64,000 nt of DNA from a virus (taxonomy: Duplodnaviria; Heunggongvirae; Uroviricota; Caudoviricetes). Positions within the stretch are counted from its first letter, which is position 1; each line of letters begins with the position of its first letter. This document shows, one piece after another, positions 9,529-18,859 of this stretch. The DNA lies in IMG/VR virus record IMGVR_UViG_3300020045_008999, positions 192,001-256,000 of that record; one strand, given 5' to 3'. A program made the translations under genes and the position numbers. Below the pieces are notes generated by a model. The model was not told the DNA's origin, searched no databases, and worked only from the letters and a program-made list of their open reading frames with translations.

Positions 9529-9867
9529 ATGATAATAATCGCTATAGTGCGTAATTGTACATTACCACTTACCCAGAATGGACTTGAGATGATTATGTCC
9601 AGCATCAATCTGATAGATATTGATATATTAATGGAAATTGATTCAGCACTAGGAATGACAGATGATAAAGATGTAATTAATTTTTTTAGAAGTCGTGGTA
9701 TTAAACATTTTCGCGATTCATATATCTCATACTTAAATCGGTATGGTGTTGTTCAATTGTATTCCGGAAAATTGGCATTACAACCTATAGTGATTGTCGA
9801 TTGTATGCATTCTAAATTCAGACATATTGAAAGACTTATTTCTATTCGTAAAATTTTAAGTAGCTAA
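9529..9867 (+). CDS. hypothetical protein with C-terminal tag
   Basis: Ends RLISIRKILSS. Confidence 0.6.
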   Translation: MIIIAIVRNCTLPLTQNGLEMIMSSINLIDIDILMEIDSALGMTDDKDVINFFRSRGIKHFRDSYISYLNRYGVVQLYSGKLALQPIVIVDCMHSKFRHIERLISIRKILSS

Positions 9868-9927
9868 TAAATTAATATTTTTTTCACAATATAAACCCTT
9901 GTAAAATTTTACATAATATTTACATTA

Positions 9928-9962
9928 AAAAATAGGAAATTATAAACTAATTTCCTATTTTT
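9928..9962. terminator. 15-bp inverted repeat overlapping a TAnnTTTG box
   Basis: aaaaataggaaatta / taatttcctattttt; tatttttg at 9956-9963. Confidence 0.55.
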
Positions 9963-9986
9963 GTATTTATATAAACCACTTTTCTC

Positions 9987-10271
9987 ATGACACAGATCGA
10001 AATTAACTTAATGAATTTAAAACAAGTTGGAATAATAGATTTCGTATCTACATTAGATTGGATGGACCCATATTTGGATGTATTGAAAAATGATGAGTTG
10101 GGTGAAGTATTTCCGGTTTTCCCAGAACGAATTTACGAATGGGGAACCAAAGAATACATTGCTTCATTATCAATTTCGTGTTTCTTTGGCACCAAATCAT
10201 TGGATAGAGAAATTGCTTTCAGTGCACAATCCAGACTTAATTACAACATTGTCCGTTGGACAGAACTTTAA
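9987..10271 (+). CDS. hypothetical protein
   Basis: First ORF after promoter box. Confidence 0.55.
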   Translation: MTQIEINLMNLKQVGIIDFVSTLDWMDPYLDVLKNDELGEVFPVFPERIYEWGTKEYIASLSISCFFGTKSLDREIAFSAQSRLNYNIVRWTEL

Positions 10272-10571
10272 CATGGAAGTATCTGAAATACAAACTATCT
10301 TGGTGGGTCAGTTTACCGAATATTCATTTCGGGTCGTAAATGATGATCATAGTTATATCAATTACATTGCATTAGTAACTAAATATGATTTGAGGACCTA
10401 CACTGTTTCATTTATAGGATTGGAATGTATCGAACTTAATTTCGAAGATGACTACAGGGCGGCACACCAGTATGCAATAAATTGTATTACTGCAGCAAGA
10501 AACACTTAGATGAAGAATCCTTAGGGATGTAGAAGTATTAAAAAATCATAACTCATATAAATCTCACACAG

Positions 10572-10832
10572 ATGGCAACCAACCAAAGAAATCAAAAGTG
10601 CATCGATACTATAAAAGAATCGCTAAAATCAAGATTCAACATCTCTTCTGATCGAGATTTATTAGTACAACTGGGAATTAAACCAGAGGATAAAGAAAAA
10701 TTATTCTTGTGGATTAAATACCAAAATGCATTTTCATATGCTGAGGGATATGAAAACGGACAAGAGAATTTGAAATTTGAAATTAATAATCAAATTGGCG
10801 ATTTGCTTAAATCCGAACGAGATTATTTTTAA
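10572..10832 (+). CDS. hypothetical protein
   Basis: ORF track. Confidence 0.55.
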   Translation: MATNQRNQKCIDTIKESLKSRFNISSDRDLLVQLGIKPEDKEKLFLWIKYQNAFSYAEGYENGQENLKFEINNQIGDLLKSERDYF

Positions 10833-10876
10833 CATAATTCTATACTAAAACAACTGTTTAATTTTAATATAAACTA

Positions 10877-11386
10877 ATGACTAATCCAATAATAAATAAT
10901 AGAATAGTATCATCCAAAACGTTCGCAGTTCGTTTTAAATCATTTGTCGAAAGTGTGACGGTACAAGATGCATGCGGCGAAGATGAAAAAGAAGCAATGT
11001 TAAATGTTGCCAATTCGTTATTAGTTTATCAATTACACACTATTGATGCTAATGATACGGAAGAGACTGAATATTTAGAAAGAATCGGGATATACCCATT
11101 ACTACCAATATTAGTAACTCATGATGGTGTAGAATTACATGCGAGTGAGACTGGTGCGATGGTATATTCTAGTATGATCATCCCAAGACTGGGTGATGAA
11201 GTACGCCAGCACACGGTAAAAAATTCGGATGATATTAAACGAATTAATCCAAAACGAATTATTTTTTGGAATAAAAAAGAGGCGGAATCTTATATAGAAT
11301 TCAACACTAAATCCATTTCAATACAAGATTTAATTAATGCTAATTTATACCAGGCATATGAGCAATCCAAATCCAAAGGACATTAA
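10877..11386 (+). CDS. hypothetical protein
   Basis: 169-aa ORF. Confidence 0.6.
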   Translation: MTNPIINNRIVSSKTFAVRFKSFVESVTVQDACGEDEKEAMLNVANSLLVYQLHTIDANDTEETEYLERIGIYPLLPILVTHDGVELHASETGAMVYSSMIIPRLGDEVRQHTVKNSDDIKRINPKRIIFWNKKEAESYIEFNTKSISIQDLINANLYQAYEQSKSKGH

Positions 11387-11729
11387 ATACTTAGGGGTAC
11401 CCAATGTTTGCTTTTCACTTATCGATGCCAATGATAAACGCGATGAATTGTATGCTAACCAAAGAATTGATAGAGGGTTTGACGATAGTGAGACATGGTC
11501 ATTGTCTGGAACAATGGCATCTTTTTTGTTACCAAGACTAATCCGTTTTATAAAATTGGATAATAGTGTTAGAGATGCTGAATTTATGGAAGACTTGAAT
11601 AATTTTAGAAAATTATTAGAGTTAGAAATTCGAGATAATGGTGCAAGAAATTTTACAATAGAAGAAAAAAATACAGTATCCAAAGGACTAAAGGCATTTG
11701 AGAAAATATTTTTATTATTGTGGTGGTAG
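11337..11729 (+). CDS. conserved phage hypothetical protein
   Basis: RGFDDSETWSL...FLLPRL...W motif familiar from large phages. Confidence 0.55.
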   Translation: MLIYTRHMSNPNPKDIKYLGVPNVCFSLIDANDKRDELYANQRIDRGFDDSETWSLSGTMASFLLPRLIRFIKLDNSVRDAEFMEDLNNFRKLLELEIRDNGARNFTIEEKNTVSKGLKAFEKIFLLLWW

Positions 11730-11894
11730 AAATTAGGTTATTTCCCTAATTTATATTAGATTTGTGTATAGTTTAAAAATCAGAAAATGAGCAATGTAGT
11801 AAATCACAAAGAAATATTTATAAGTGCATTATATGTATCACCAGAACAGGTGAGACATTATTTCACAAATGGTCATATAAAAGTATAATCAAAA

Positions 11895-12015
11895 GAGAAT
11901 TTTATAAAGTGATGCTGGATTTATTCGTCAGGGTTTATACAGATGCAAGTAGCTTTTTGATAACGATAAGGTAGCTATAGATGCCTATGGGTCGGTTCGA
12001 TTCCGACAATTCTCA
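11895..12015 (+). ncRNA. tRNA-like RNA with expanded core
   Basis: Acceptor stem GAGAATT (11895-11901)/AATTCTC (12008-12014) plus A; perfect T-arm GTCGG-TTCGATT-CCGAC (11991-12007); 89 nt between the 5' acceptor strand and the T-arm; no clear D or anticodon arm. Confidence 0.6.
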
Positions 12016-12034
12016 CTATTAAAAAATATAAAGT

Positions 12035-12244
12035 ATGTTTATAATACAAGTAATTGTTTTGCTCGCGATCATATTATATGTGGTGGGAAGTTGTATAAAT
12101 ATAATAGATAATCACATACCTGAATCACGTACTAGTTTAAACGCGGATCTTATGTTTAATATTGTGGGTGCAATATGCATATTTGTATTACTTTATTTCT
12201 GTGGTGCCTTTGATCAAATTTTTCCAAAAATTCACGTGTTATGA
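12035..12244 (+). CDS. small two-TM membrane protein
   Basis: Two hydrophobic stretches. Confidence 0.55.
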   Translation: MFIIQVIVLLAIILYVVGSCINIIDNHIPESRTSLNADLMFNIVGAICIFVLLYFCGAFDQIFPKIHVL

Positions 12245-12543
12245 AATCCACCACAGCTATGATAAAATATATAGTAAAATTGCATATGACTTCCACACAA
12301 GATTGTGTAAGACCTTACGTAAAAGAAGTTGTTAAAGAATCGCTAAAAGAAGCGAGAATTTTAATCAAAGACTTAAAAGTAGATTATAAAAAAGCATTCA
12401 ATATACACCAATTAGGATTTGAATATGATTATGATGGAGTTGAGAATAAAGTTTATAAAGTCATTTCAAAAACTATTGAATACGTTGGGTTAAATGACGT
12501 ACCACTAGATACTATAACTAATACACAAATAACTAATACATAA
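12241..12543 (+). CDS. hypothetical protein
   Basis: ORF track. Confidence 0.55.
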   Translation: MKSTTAMIKYIVKLHMTSTQDCVRPYVKEVVKESLKEARILIKDLKVDYKKAFNIHQLGFEYDYDGVENKVYKVISKTIEYVGLNDVPLDTITNTQITNT

Positions 12544-12548
12544 ATGTT

Positions 12549-12974
12549 ATGATTAATAAGCTGGAAAAATTGAAAGCATTTGACTTAGAACGAAAAGTAA
12601 TTTGTTCTGTGTTATCTATTGAATTATCGAGTTTGAATGGTCGCAATTTGGGAAATGTAGAACTGAACAATGGTTTGGTGACTTTTTACAAAAATTATAC
12701 CAAAGGGGATTGTGTGTTGTTGGAATTCACCGGTTATCAAGATTCAGATAAAGAAGATATTTATGATTCTGATATATTGGTCGGGGATGACATAATTTAT
12801 TTAGTGCAATGGAATCAAAACCAAACTAGTTGGTGGCTATCACCGATCCAATCACGATCTGGAGTAGATGAGATGATTTATGTAATTGACAATCAGACAC
12901 TTGGGAATGGGTATTTATCTCGCCGAGATTTAACTAAAATTGGTAACAAATATACCCATGCACATTTATTGTAA
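12549..12974 (+). CDS. YopX family protein
   Basis: LLEFTGYQDSDKEDIYDSDIL...KIGNKYTHAHLL matches YopX QxTGLxDxxGxEIYEGDI...IGNxxENPELL. Confidence 0.7.
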   Translation: MINKLEKLKAFDLERKVICSVLSIELSSLNGRNLGNVELNNGLVTFYKNYTKGDCVLLEFTGYQDSDKEDIYDSDILVGDDIIYLVQWNQNQTSWWLSPIQSRSGVDEMIYVIDNQTLGNGYLSRRDLTKIGNKYTHAHLL

Positions 12975-13006
12975 CAACACTCACCGGTATAACGGGTGGT
13001 TGGCAT

Positions 13007-13140
13007 AAACAACGTCCTGTGGCTTTGTCTTGTGCCGAAAAAAATAAGACCTAATATTTAAATTAAAAACTATTATGCCAAGTACAAAACAAAATGAAAA
13101 TTTAACCGAAAGTGACAATAAGTCAAAACCACTGTTATGT
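13007..13140 (+). other. attC-like imperfect inverted repeat
   Basis: AAACAAC...gtggctttgtcttgt (13019-33) / acaataagtcaaaaccac (13115-32)...GTTATGT. Confidence 0.5.
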
Positions 13141-13293
13141 GAGGTTATTACTTTAAAAGTAATGGATATATGGCACCCATTTATAAAAAATAGTCAACGA
13201 TGGGTTTACTCAAATGAATTTGAATCAACAACCGAATTTATAAATTGGGTAATGCAGCACCAAAAAGATTTATCAGGAGTGGTTCGTGGGTAA
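13075..13293 (+). CDS. hypothetical protein starting inside attC-like site (cassette gene)
   Basis: Body bracketed by gttatgtgaggtta (13134-47) and taatctcacataac (13291-304), 13/14 complementary. Confidence 0.55.
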   Translation: MPSTKQNENLTESDNKSKPLLCEVITLKVMDIWHPFIKNSQRWVYSNEFESTTEFINWVMQHQKDLSGVVRG

Positions 13294-13328
13294 TCTCACA
13301 TAACTTCTAAATAACTAACACATAAATT

Positions 13329-13694
13329 ATGTTATACTGTATAAACCCAGTGGAATGCCCGAATGATTCACAATGCTTAGAAGTATTGTTATTCCAAGAT
13401 CTGAATGATTTGGGGTGGAAGATCTATAGAACTCATGATTCGTTCATTATTGAATATTTAGGCAATGCCTATTTTTCCGAAAAATACTTTTCATGTTATC
13501 TCAAGTCCGGTGTTAATATTACGTTTATTAATACCAATTGTATTTTATTTAAATGTACCAGGGTTGAAGTCTTTTTAAACATAAGAGACGCAATCACCAA
13601 TAATTACACAGATGATATCTGGGAATTTTTACAAAATTTATTTACAGAACGTCTTGATCTCGACCCAACACTTATGAGCACTGAATATATGTAA
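13329..13694 (+). CDS. hypothetical protein
   Basis: ORF track. Confidence 0.55.
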   Translation: MLYCINPVECPNDSQCLEVLLFQDLNDLGWKIYRTHDSFIIEYLGNAYFSEKYFSCYLKSGVNITFINTNCILFKCTRVEVFLNIRDAITNNYTDDIWEFLQNLFTERLDLDPTLMSTEYM

Positions 13695-13706
13695 AACCCA
13701 CAATAT

Positions 13707-14264
13707 ATGAAAGATTTAATAACAATTACTACTGTACTTCATTTAGATAATCAATACGTATCATCTGATGGATTTTATGAAATAAATAAACACAGAGACT
13801 CTTTTGTTTATGATGGTATTGTATACACCTATTTATCGTCAGGGATGGCAAGAAGGGTTTATAAATCAGCATGTGGTGAATTTGTGATCAAAGTTCCAAT
13901 TGGTGGTTATTATATAGACACCGCTGAGGAAATAAAAGACTTCATAATGTCTGATATGAAAAACGTGGACCCTAGTATATCACATAACTATGGTGAAGCT
14001 AAAGCATATGAAGAATGTCCCGAGGAATTGAAAATATTTTTAGCACACACTGAGTTACTACCAAATTGTTGGGTAAAACAAGAATTTGTGGAAGTATTAA
14101 ATTGTGTATTCACCGGCCGCCACGACCTTCGAGAAATAGGCCGACGTAAAGACGGTACTCTTTGTATTTTTGATTTTGACCCATTGTTAGATGATTTTAA
14201 ATTTGATGGTTATTACTGGCCAAGACTACCAATAATCATTTCAGAAATTGAGAGTAAAATATAA
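13707..14264 (+). CDS. protein-kinase-like fold protein
   Basis: LSSGMARRVY (G-loop-like), VIKVP, N-x2-EA, DL...IG, IFDF. Confidence 0.5.
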   Translation: MKDLITITTVLHLDNQYVSSDGFYEINKHRDSFVYDGIVYTYLSSGMARRVYKSACGEFVIKVPIGGYYIDTAEEIKDFIMSDMKNVDPSISHNYGEAKAYEECPEELKIFLAHTELLPNCWVKQEFVEVLNCVFTGRHDLREIGRRKDGTLCIFDFDPLLDDFKFDGYYWPRLPIIISEIESKI

Positions 14265-14446
14265 ATACTAACAAGTAATTAAGTTACTAATACGATCATC
14301 TGTATGGAAAAAATCAGCGGTACAAATGCCTATAATCGGATTCTATACGGTTTGAAAATATACGAATATCCCGTATCGTTTTCTAATTACATGTAAGAAA
14401 TAGGTAATGGATATTTTTAAATCTAAATATTAAATAAAATTCAAAA

Positions 14447-14896
14447 ATGGAAGAACAAAAACTATCAATTAGTGGGTTGTATTACAGATATAAACAAACT
14501 TCGGATAACGATATAGAAAAACATTTAAAAACTATTAAGATAGTTGTGTTGAAAGATAATGGAATTGGTACCACTTATGGGTATTACCCACTCTCACAAA
14601 ATTCAATGGACAAAATCTTAGAAAGTCCAAGAAGTGTTTCGTTAAGTTATGATGCAACTGAAACAGATCCGGATTGTCTGGAAGGATTAAGTGAATATAA
14701 AACAATCCGTTATTTAGTTAAGTCAACATCTAGGTTTTTTCTAAAACCTGATATTGGTGAGATTTTTGATCAGATACATTATCGTGATTTATTGTCGGAC
14801 AAAATAAAGGCGATTCAATACATACCATCCGCATTGGAAACACTAGATGATACTCAAGGGGAGCATTTCATCTTGGAAGCTAAGTTACTAATATAA
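14447..14896 (+). CDS. hypothetical protein
   Basis: 149-aa ORF. Confidence 0.6.
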   Translation: MEEQKLSISGLYYRYKQTSDNDIEKHLKTIKIVVLKDNGIGTTYGYYPLSQNSMDKILESPRSVSLSYDATETDPDCLEGLSEYKTIRYLVKSTSRFFLKPDIGEIFDQIHYRDLLSDKIKAIQYIPSALETLDDTQGEHFILEAKLLI

Positions 14897-14908
14897 TCAG
14901 TAATTAAA

Positions 14909-15160
14909 ATGGAAAATAAAACTATCCCGGATAAATCTGATAAATCTGATAAATTGACTAAGGCCCGTAATGAATTCATACAGAATATGTTAGCTTGGTC
15001 AATATATTTTGTAATAACTATGATACTTTTATATCCGGTATTTACCGATGAAATCTGGATGCATATTAGTATAAGTACTATTATTAGTTTTGTGTTAGGC
15101 ATGTTTAATAAAATAATTCAATTGTTAATATGTATTGATAATAAAATCGATCCAAAATAG
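14909..15160 (+). CDS. small membrane protein
   Basis: Two TM segments; DKSDKSDK from a 9-bp tandem repeat. Confidence 0.55.
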   Translation: MENKTIPDKSDKSDKLTKARNEFIQNMLAWSIYFVITMILLYPVFTDEIWMHISISTIISFVLGMFNKIIQLLICIDNKIDPK

Positions 15161-15222
15161 TAGCCATTTATGTTGCTATTTTGGATTTTATTTATTATAT
15201 TTGTGTTCTAAATAAGTAAATT

Positions 15223-15597
15223 ATGGACACAAATACAATCAATATTGAATTGGCAAAATTTTTAGGATGGTTCCAAGACCCTGATAGTTTACCAGGTACT
15301 TGGTTTGTGATAAATGCCAATGCTAAAATAGTTATATATTCTCAGCACAATGACATCTACCAAGAACTACCATTCCACAGGAATATTAAATACCAAATTG
15401 AAATTATTGACAAAATCGAAAGTCTTGGATATGATTTCATTATAGGTGGTGGTGTGGTATCTATTAAAGTTACTAGCACAAGCCCTAAATTTTATGAAAG
15501 TTGTACTTTGTATCGAGATCGCGATCTTAGTAGATTAGATGGTATTTATTCCGAGATAGATAAATTTATTAAATTCTATAACAAAAATATCATCTAA
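15223..15597 (+). CDS. hypothetical protein
   Basis: After TAnnTTTG at 15196-15203. Confidence 0.6.
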   Translation: MDTNTINIELAKFLGWFQDPDSLPGTWFVINANAKIVIYSQHNDIYQELPFHRNIKYQIEIIDKIESLGYDFIIGGGVVSIKVTSTSPKFYESCTLYRDRDLSRLDGIYSEIDKFIKFYNKNII

Positions 15598-15598
15598 T

Positions 15599-16198
15599 AT
15601 GTCACGATTTGAATTTGTGTCGGATTTCAATAAACTAGACAATCGAAGTATTTCGATTAACGAAACATTGAAAAAAATTTATGAAAATAATGGTGGCGAT
15701 CTAAATGCCTCTATTGTAGAGGCATCGTCTTATTTAAAGACAGTAGACGAAACTATTCGAAATGTTTACGAAGTTGTTGAATCTGAGATTCCGCTATACG
15801 CATATCATAACTTAATGACTTTAGGGGCTGATAATTATGGTTTTACCGATGCTGAACATGAAACGGCATTATCCAATACTATAACGGCATGTCGAGATTA
15901 TTATGGTGATCCTATACCAAATGAGTACATTTTATGTGCCGCCATTAATTACAGAGGTATCATTGTAAGTGGAAAGCGTCACGGTGATTGTTATGATACT
16001 CTATATGGGATTCTAGGTAGTCGAGACATTAAAGATAATCCATGTAGGGAACAACAAGGATTTCTAACATCATATAATCGCTATGTTGATCGCAAAGAAG
16101 GGTGGGTGATCGCCAAGAAAAATAACCAAATAAAATACGGTTTAGAAGCATCAGAAAATGGACCTGAATCTACATTAATTAGCGAAAATCTTTATTAA
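15599..16198 (+). CDS. conserved phage protein
   Basis: ILCAAI...GKRHGDC...QGFLTSYNRYVDRKE...LISENLY, a common phage domain of unknown function. Confidence 0.65.
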   Translation: MSRFEFVSDFNKLDNRSISINETLKKIYENNGGDLNASIVEASSYLKTVDETIRNVYEVVESEIPLYAYHNLMTLGADNYGFTDAEHETALSNTITACRDYYGDPIPNEYILCAAINYRGIIVSGKRHGDCYDTLYGILGSRDIKDNPCREQQGFLTSYNRYVDRKEGWVIAKKNNQIKYGLEASENGPESTLISENLY

Positions 16199-16206
16199 AA
16201 ATTATT

Positions 16207-16650
16207 ATGAAAAACTTATCAAAAATATTCACATTGTTGATCCTCAGTACATTATTATTTTCATGTGATGTACCACCCGAACGTTATACCATAAATAGAA
16301 CCAGTTCGACATTCGAATTAAGACAGCTCATACAAAATGAACGAACCACTACCTCTTCAAGTGCTATGTATTTCTTGGTAATCGGAAGCTATGCTTCTAA
16401 CACCACAACAACAGAAGAAGTTAAAGTATTTGCAAAAGTAAATGGTGATTACCGCATGCTTACAATGCCTTTAGAGGATGTGCGCATTCGAATAAATAAT
16501 AAATTAACAAAACCAACTTTGTTGATTACCTATAGGGATGCGCTTCATACAGACGAAGAGATATGTGATTCCAAGTGGGTTAGTAAAAAATACATCATAT
16601 CATGTCCGGAAAAATACATTCCCGAAAAATTGTTGCCTATAAATTTGTAG
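16207..16650 (+). CDS. putative lipoprotein
   Basis: MKNLSK plus hydrophobic stretch plus LFSC lipobox. Confidence 0.65.
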   Translation: MKNLSKIFTLLILSTLLFSCDVPPERYTINRTSSTFELRQLIQNERTTTSSSAMYFLVIGSYASNTTTTEEVKVFAKVNGDYRMLTMPLEDVRIRINNKLTKPTLLITYRDALHTDEEICDSKWVSKKYIISCPEKYIPEKLLPINL

Positions 16651-16676
16651 GAAACAATTTTTCAAATTTGTAAAAA

Positions 16677-16685
16677 TAATATATA
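16677..16685 (+). promoter_or_regulatory. putative late promoter TAATATATA
   Basis: Same 9-mer sits just upstream of KxF-x-E-tagged genes at 41949, 48506, 52961 and 63545. Confidence 0.55.
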
Positions 16686-16703
16686 GTTTAAACTAATTTA
16701 CAA

Positions 16704-17216
16704 ATGGACCATCTTAAAAAATTTGAAGAATTTTCATTTAGCGAAACTGAAAATTTAAAAAATATATCACCACAGCAACCTCGTTCAAAAGGACAATTTC
16801 AAAAGGGCCATGTCCCATTCAACAAAGATAGGAAGCGAGAAGAATATTTATCACCCGAACAAATTGCAAAGATGCAACAAACTGAGTTCAAAGAGGGCGA
16901 AACCACAGGTGCTGCACATCCCAGTTGGAAAGGCGGGATTCAATCAAATAAGCGCGATGGTAAATTCATTAGCACCGGGAACAAGGAACGAAAGAGAATT
17001 TCACGATATAATTATGAAATGCGTCACGGTAAAATACCAACCGGTTGGATAATATATCATTTAGATCAGGATAAAGAAAACGATGATATTGATAATTTAA
17101 TAGCAGTACCCAGAGCAATTTTGATGCAATTAAATTCAAATCGAATGAACTCAAATTATCATGAGATCAAAACCGCGGTTGATATGCATCTCGCAAATAT
17201 TGAATCGAAAAAATAA
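16704..17216 (+). CDS. HNH endonuclease with NUMOD-like motifs and N-terminal KKFEEF tag
   Basis: FQKGHVPFNK, HPSWKGG, IYHLDQDKENDDIDNL (HNH_3-like). Confidence 0.7.
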   Translation: MDHLKKFEEFSFSETENLKNISPQQPRSKGQFQKGHVPFNKDRKREEYLSPEQIAKMQQTEFKEGETTGAAHPSWKGGIQSNKRDGKFISTGNKERKRISRYNYEMRHGKIPTGWIIYHLDQDKENDDIDNLIAVPRAILMQLNSNRMNSNYHEIKTAVDMHLANIESKK

Positions 17217-17224
17217 TTCATAAT

Positions 17225-17251
17225 AAAAAACCATCAGATAGATGGTTTTTT
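17225..17251 (+). terminator. rho-independent terminator
   Basis: aaaaaaccatc-agata-gatggtttttt directly after the HNH gene. Confidence 0.8.
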
Positions 17252-17343
17252 TGTTTTTCATATATATTTACATGATAAATATACACATTACATCAAAACC
17301 TATTGTTTTTTTAACTATATTTGTCAATGATAATTAAAATAGT

Positions 17344-17865
17344 ATGGAAGATCTTAAAAATAATATTGATGCAATCAGTCTAGAAAGATATATATTACTT
17401 TCTAAGTATTTGGCATATGGTTTAGTGGTACAATATAAAGAATTTCGTTACGAGGTTGATTCACTTGGACTAGAGTGGATATTTATTGCAAATGAAAATG
17501 GTTTGGCCACTAGGTACGGTGATGTGCGGCCAGTTTTTCGACCAAATTCAGACATAGTGAAAGAAATCGAGATTAATGGGAACCGATTAATACCAATTGT
17601 GGAACTTGCTAAATTATTCCACACCACCAAAGGAAATGATATAAGTCATTATACTAATATCAAAATAGATGATCGAAAGCGATATTCGGTAAATTGTTGT
17701 GTTGATAATGACGACTCTAGATATATGTATTTCCAAATAAATTTCGACATTTTATCCGAGTCATATCAATTAGTGGATAAGTTAATTGAATGGGGATTTG
17801 ATGTATTTGATCAAATTGGGTTGTACGCAGTATCTTATAACAGTAAAATAATTGACAATGAGTAA
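17344..17865 (+). CDS. hypothetical phage protein
   Basis: After TAnnTTTG at 17316-17323. Confidence 0.6.
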   Translation: MEDLKNNIDAISLERYILLSKYLAYGLVVQYKEFRYEVDSLGLEWIFIANENGLATRYGDVRPVFRPNSDIVKEIEINGNRLIPIVELAKLFHTTKGNDISHYTNIKIDDRKRYSVNCCVDNDDSRYMYFQINFDILSESYQLVDKLIEWGFDVFDQIGLYAVSYNSKIIDNE

Positions 17866-18070
17866 ATCAAACACCCAAGCGAAATTGACTGATTATCAAA
17901 TTAAAATATTAGACACAATCAAAGATGAGTCTAAAACCTGTGATGATATTGCATGGGAAATCAATTCCCATAAAATGCATGTAGGTAGATCAATGAAAAC
18001 ACTAATAGGTAGAAATGTGGTCGGAGTATATCACGCAGATTGGTCAAACCCAAGGTATTATAAATTATAA
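17852..18070 (+). CDS. winged-helix HTH DNA-binding protein
   Basis: LTDYQIKILDTI...TCDDIAWEI...VGRSMKTLIGRNVV. Confidence 0.6.
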   Translation: MTMSKSNTQAKLTDYQIKILDTIKDESKTCDDIAWEINSHKMHVGRSMKTLIGRNVVGVYHADWSNPRYYKL

Positions 18071-18097
18071 CCAAACCAAACCAAACAAATATTTTTT

Positions 18098-18853
18098 ATG
18101 TATTATATAGTACAGGATAAAATTTTCAAAAATGAAAATTACAACAAACTTTTTGTTGCATTGGACCGCTTAGGTGTTGAATATAAAACAATTGATATGG
18201 ATTCAATTGACACGTCAATATTAACTACTGATAGAAAGGATGTATTCGTATTTGGTTCAGTTCGTTTAGCAAAACATTCCGCTGAAAATGGCTGGATACC
18301 CGGATCATTCTACGGTGGTAACCATGATTATTCAATATACAAAGACTATTATAAAGAGAATTTACTTAATTATGATAGTATTGTTCAGAAAATTTCAGAT
18401 CCTATTGACTGGACACCCAATGAAATTAAATTCATACGACCATGTAAAGATAATAAAGCTTTTAATGGCGGTCGTTATACCTGTACAAAATGGCTTGACC
18501 AGATGGTAATGAATAACATACATTTTGATATATTAATTCAAATTTCTACCATCAAAAAAATATACAAAGAAGCCAGGGTATGGGTTGTGGGTGGTAAGGT
18601 GGTGACCAGCTCATATTATTTATTTAATGGTGATATCCCATATGAAGAAAGTGTTGAACCATCTGGCCTTGATTTTGCACAGTCAATGGCTAATATCTAT
18701 CAAGTTGCGGAAGCATTTGTTATTGATATTTGTCTGACACCCGATGGGTGGAAAATTGTGGAAGTAAATTGCATCAATTGTTCGGGGTTTTATAACGGTG
18801 ATTTACAAAAACTAATTATATCTTTAGAAGATCATTTTAATCCAATAAAATAA
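18098..18853 (+). CDS. ATP-grasp domain protein (DUF4343/R2K-like)
   Basis: KFIRPCKDNKAFNG, EARVWVVGGKVV, FVIDIC...KIVEVNCINCSGFY. Confidence 0.8.
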   Translation: MYYIVQDKIFKNENYNKLFVALDRLGVEYKTIDMDSIDTSILTTDRKDVFVFGSVRLAKHSAENGWIPGSFYGGNHDYSIYKDYYKENLLNYDSIVQKISDPIDWTPNEIKFIRPCKDNKAFNGGRYTCTKWLDQMVMNNIHFDILIQISTIKKIYKEARVWVVGGKVVTSSYYLFNGDIPYEESVEPSGLDFAQSMANIYQVAEAFVIDICLTPDGWKIVEVNCINCSGFYNGDLQKLIISLEDHFNPIK

Positions 18854-18859
18854 GTAACT

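Noticed and set aside
11895-12015. Canonical tRNA or tmRNA call
   Set aside because: No assignable D arm or anticodon; too long for a tRNA and too short for tmRNA. Kept as tRNA-like ncRNA.
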